Source: an uncultured Gemmatimonadaceae bacterium (GTDB lineage Bacteria > Gemmatimonadota > Gemmatimonadetes > Gemmatimonadales > Gemmatimonadaceae). Taken from it: a stretch of 64,000 nt of DNA. The notes beneath the pieces were generated by a model, which saw only the letters and a program-made list of their open reading frames with translations, did not search any database and was not told where the DNA came from. Of this stretch, positions 62,671-64,000 are shown piece by piece; position 1 is the stretch's first letter, and the number at the start of each line of letters is the position of its first letter. A program made the position numbers and the translations under genes. The stretch is taken from contig CAWHHI010000011.1 in the NCBI GenBank assembly GCA_963829055.1, forward strand, positions 320,001 through 384,000. The letters run 5' to 3'.

Positions 62671-64000
62671 AGTCTCTCGTCGATGGATCAGGGGCAGCCG
62701 CCAGGCGCGGGCATTGTCGCGGCGTGCGCGCGACTCGTCCCACCGGATCGACGCGCCGACTGGCAGGCGGAATGGCTCGGCGAGCTGTCGTACGCGTGGA
62801 GCGTGCGGCTGCAAGCGGGCGACGTCTCACCGACCGCGCGCGCGTCGCTCGTGCATGCGGGCGCTGGGTGCGGTCTCCGATGCGATCTGGTTTCGACGCC
62901 ACTATGGAGGCGACTCGATGTTCTCTCAGGATCTGCGCTATGCGTTGCGCACGTTGTATCGGTGGCCGGGGTTCACGGCAGTGGTGGTGCTGACGCTGGC
63001 GTTAGGCATCGGCGCCAACGCCGCCATCTTCAGTGTCGTCAACGCGGTGTTGCTGCGTCCCCTGCCCTACAGCGCGCCCGACCGGCTCGTATTCGTGCTC
63101 GGAACGCCCACGGATGGCGATTCGGCGAAGGTCGGAGCGTCCAGCTCATACCCCGATTACGTGGACATCCGTGACCGTGCGCGATCGTTCAGCCAGCTGG
63201 CGGCGACGTCGGTGCGGCAGACGACCGTTACGGGGAAGTCGTTCGAGCCGGCGATCGTATCCGGCGCGCCGGTGACGGCGAACCTGTTCCCGATGCTCGG
63301 TGTCGCCCCAGCGCTGGGGCGCTCGTTTCTGACGGAGGAAGACAAGCCGGGCGCGCCAGGCGTCGTCATCGTGAGCGACGGATTCTGGCGGCAACGACTG
63401 AACGCCAACCCTAACGTGATCGGCTCGGCGTTGTCGGTGAACGGCACACCGGCGACCATTGTCGGGGTCATGCCGCCGCGGTTCGACTTCCCCGGCGCTG
63501 CCGCGCTGTGGTATCCCGCCGCCGCACCTAACGATCCGCAATACACGCGGACAGCACTCGTTCACGATCGTCGGACGGCTGGCGGCCGGCGCGACGATCG
63601 CGAGCGCGACTCGCGAGGTCGCGGGGATCGCGCGGCAGCTCGAGACGGAGTATCCCGGACTGAACGCGAAGCGTGGCGCCCGCGTGCAGGGGATGACCGA
63701 GGCGATCGTCGGTGATGTGCGGCCGGCGCTGCTGGTGCTGCTGGGGTCCGTCGGACTCGTGCTTGCTGATCGTGTGCGTGAACGTCGCGAATCTGTTCCT
63801 CGCTCGGGCCACCGCGCGCACCCGTGAGGTGGCGGTGCGCACCGCGCTCGGCGCGGGACGAGGTCGGCTCGCTCGCCAGTTCCTCACCGAGAGCTGTGGT
63901 GGTCACGGCAATCGGCAGCACGCTGGGACTGGCGGTGGCGTACTGGGGGAGCAAGCTGCTGGTCTCCAAGGCGCCGCGCTCGATTCCGCGCGCCAGCGAG
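62667..64000 (+). CDS. ADOP/MacB-type duplicated ABC permease, indels, truncated at the window end
   Basis: [58 protein letters not shown]; follows PadR. Confidence 0.9.

Overview
High-GC (about 68% by eye) bacterial DNA, most likely from a phototrophic member of Gemmatimonadota. This assignment is inferred from the PufA/PufL/PufM sequence signatures and from the SusC/SusD, PadR-ADOP permease and Zn-ribbon Ser/Thr kinase genes. Many genes carry single-base indels, which look like unpolished long-read errors, so many CDS coordinates are reconstructed across frames. Bases ~1.5-22.5 kb hold part of a type-II anoxygenic photosynthesis gene cluster in a non-canonical order. On the - strand are pufBALMC, followed by a small membrane protein and a sensor-less histidine kinase/NarL pair; bchO lies antisense between pufB and bchZ; then come bchCXYZ and crtF. 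Divergently on the + strand are bchI, bchD, puhE and a BphP1-type bacteriophytochrome, with a convergent hemC-hemB-hemL operon. Three promoters (bchC, crtF/bchI, hemC) each carry tandem PpsR/CrtJ boxes (TGT-N12-ACA) exactly 8 bp apart. The rest of the window is housekeeping and accessory genes: an acylase, SusC/SusD, a nitrilase, AsmA, EttA, CcdA/TlpA, a GntR-linked GNAT/NSAR-OSBS/M20 D-amino-acid operon, a Ser/Thr kinase, a TMTC-like glycosyltransferase and PadR-ADOP. The strongest unexplained signal is the non-palindromic heptamer CCTAACG/CGTTAGG. I counted at least 54 copies by eye, on both strands and mostly inside genes, where it is encoded through rare codons. The window also has a REP/MITE-like repeat family, heptamer tandem arrays, and one chimeric ORF near 40.28 kb. 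No rRNA, tRNA, CRISPR array or transposase was seen.
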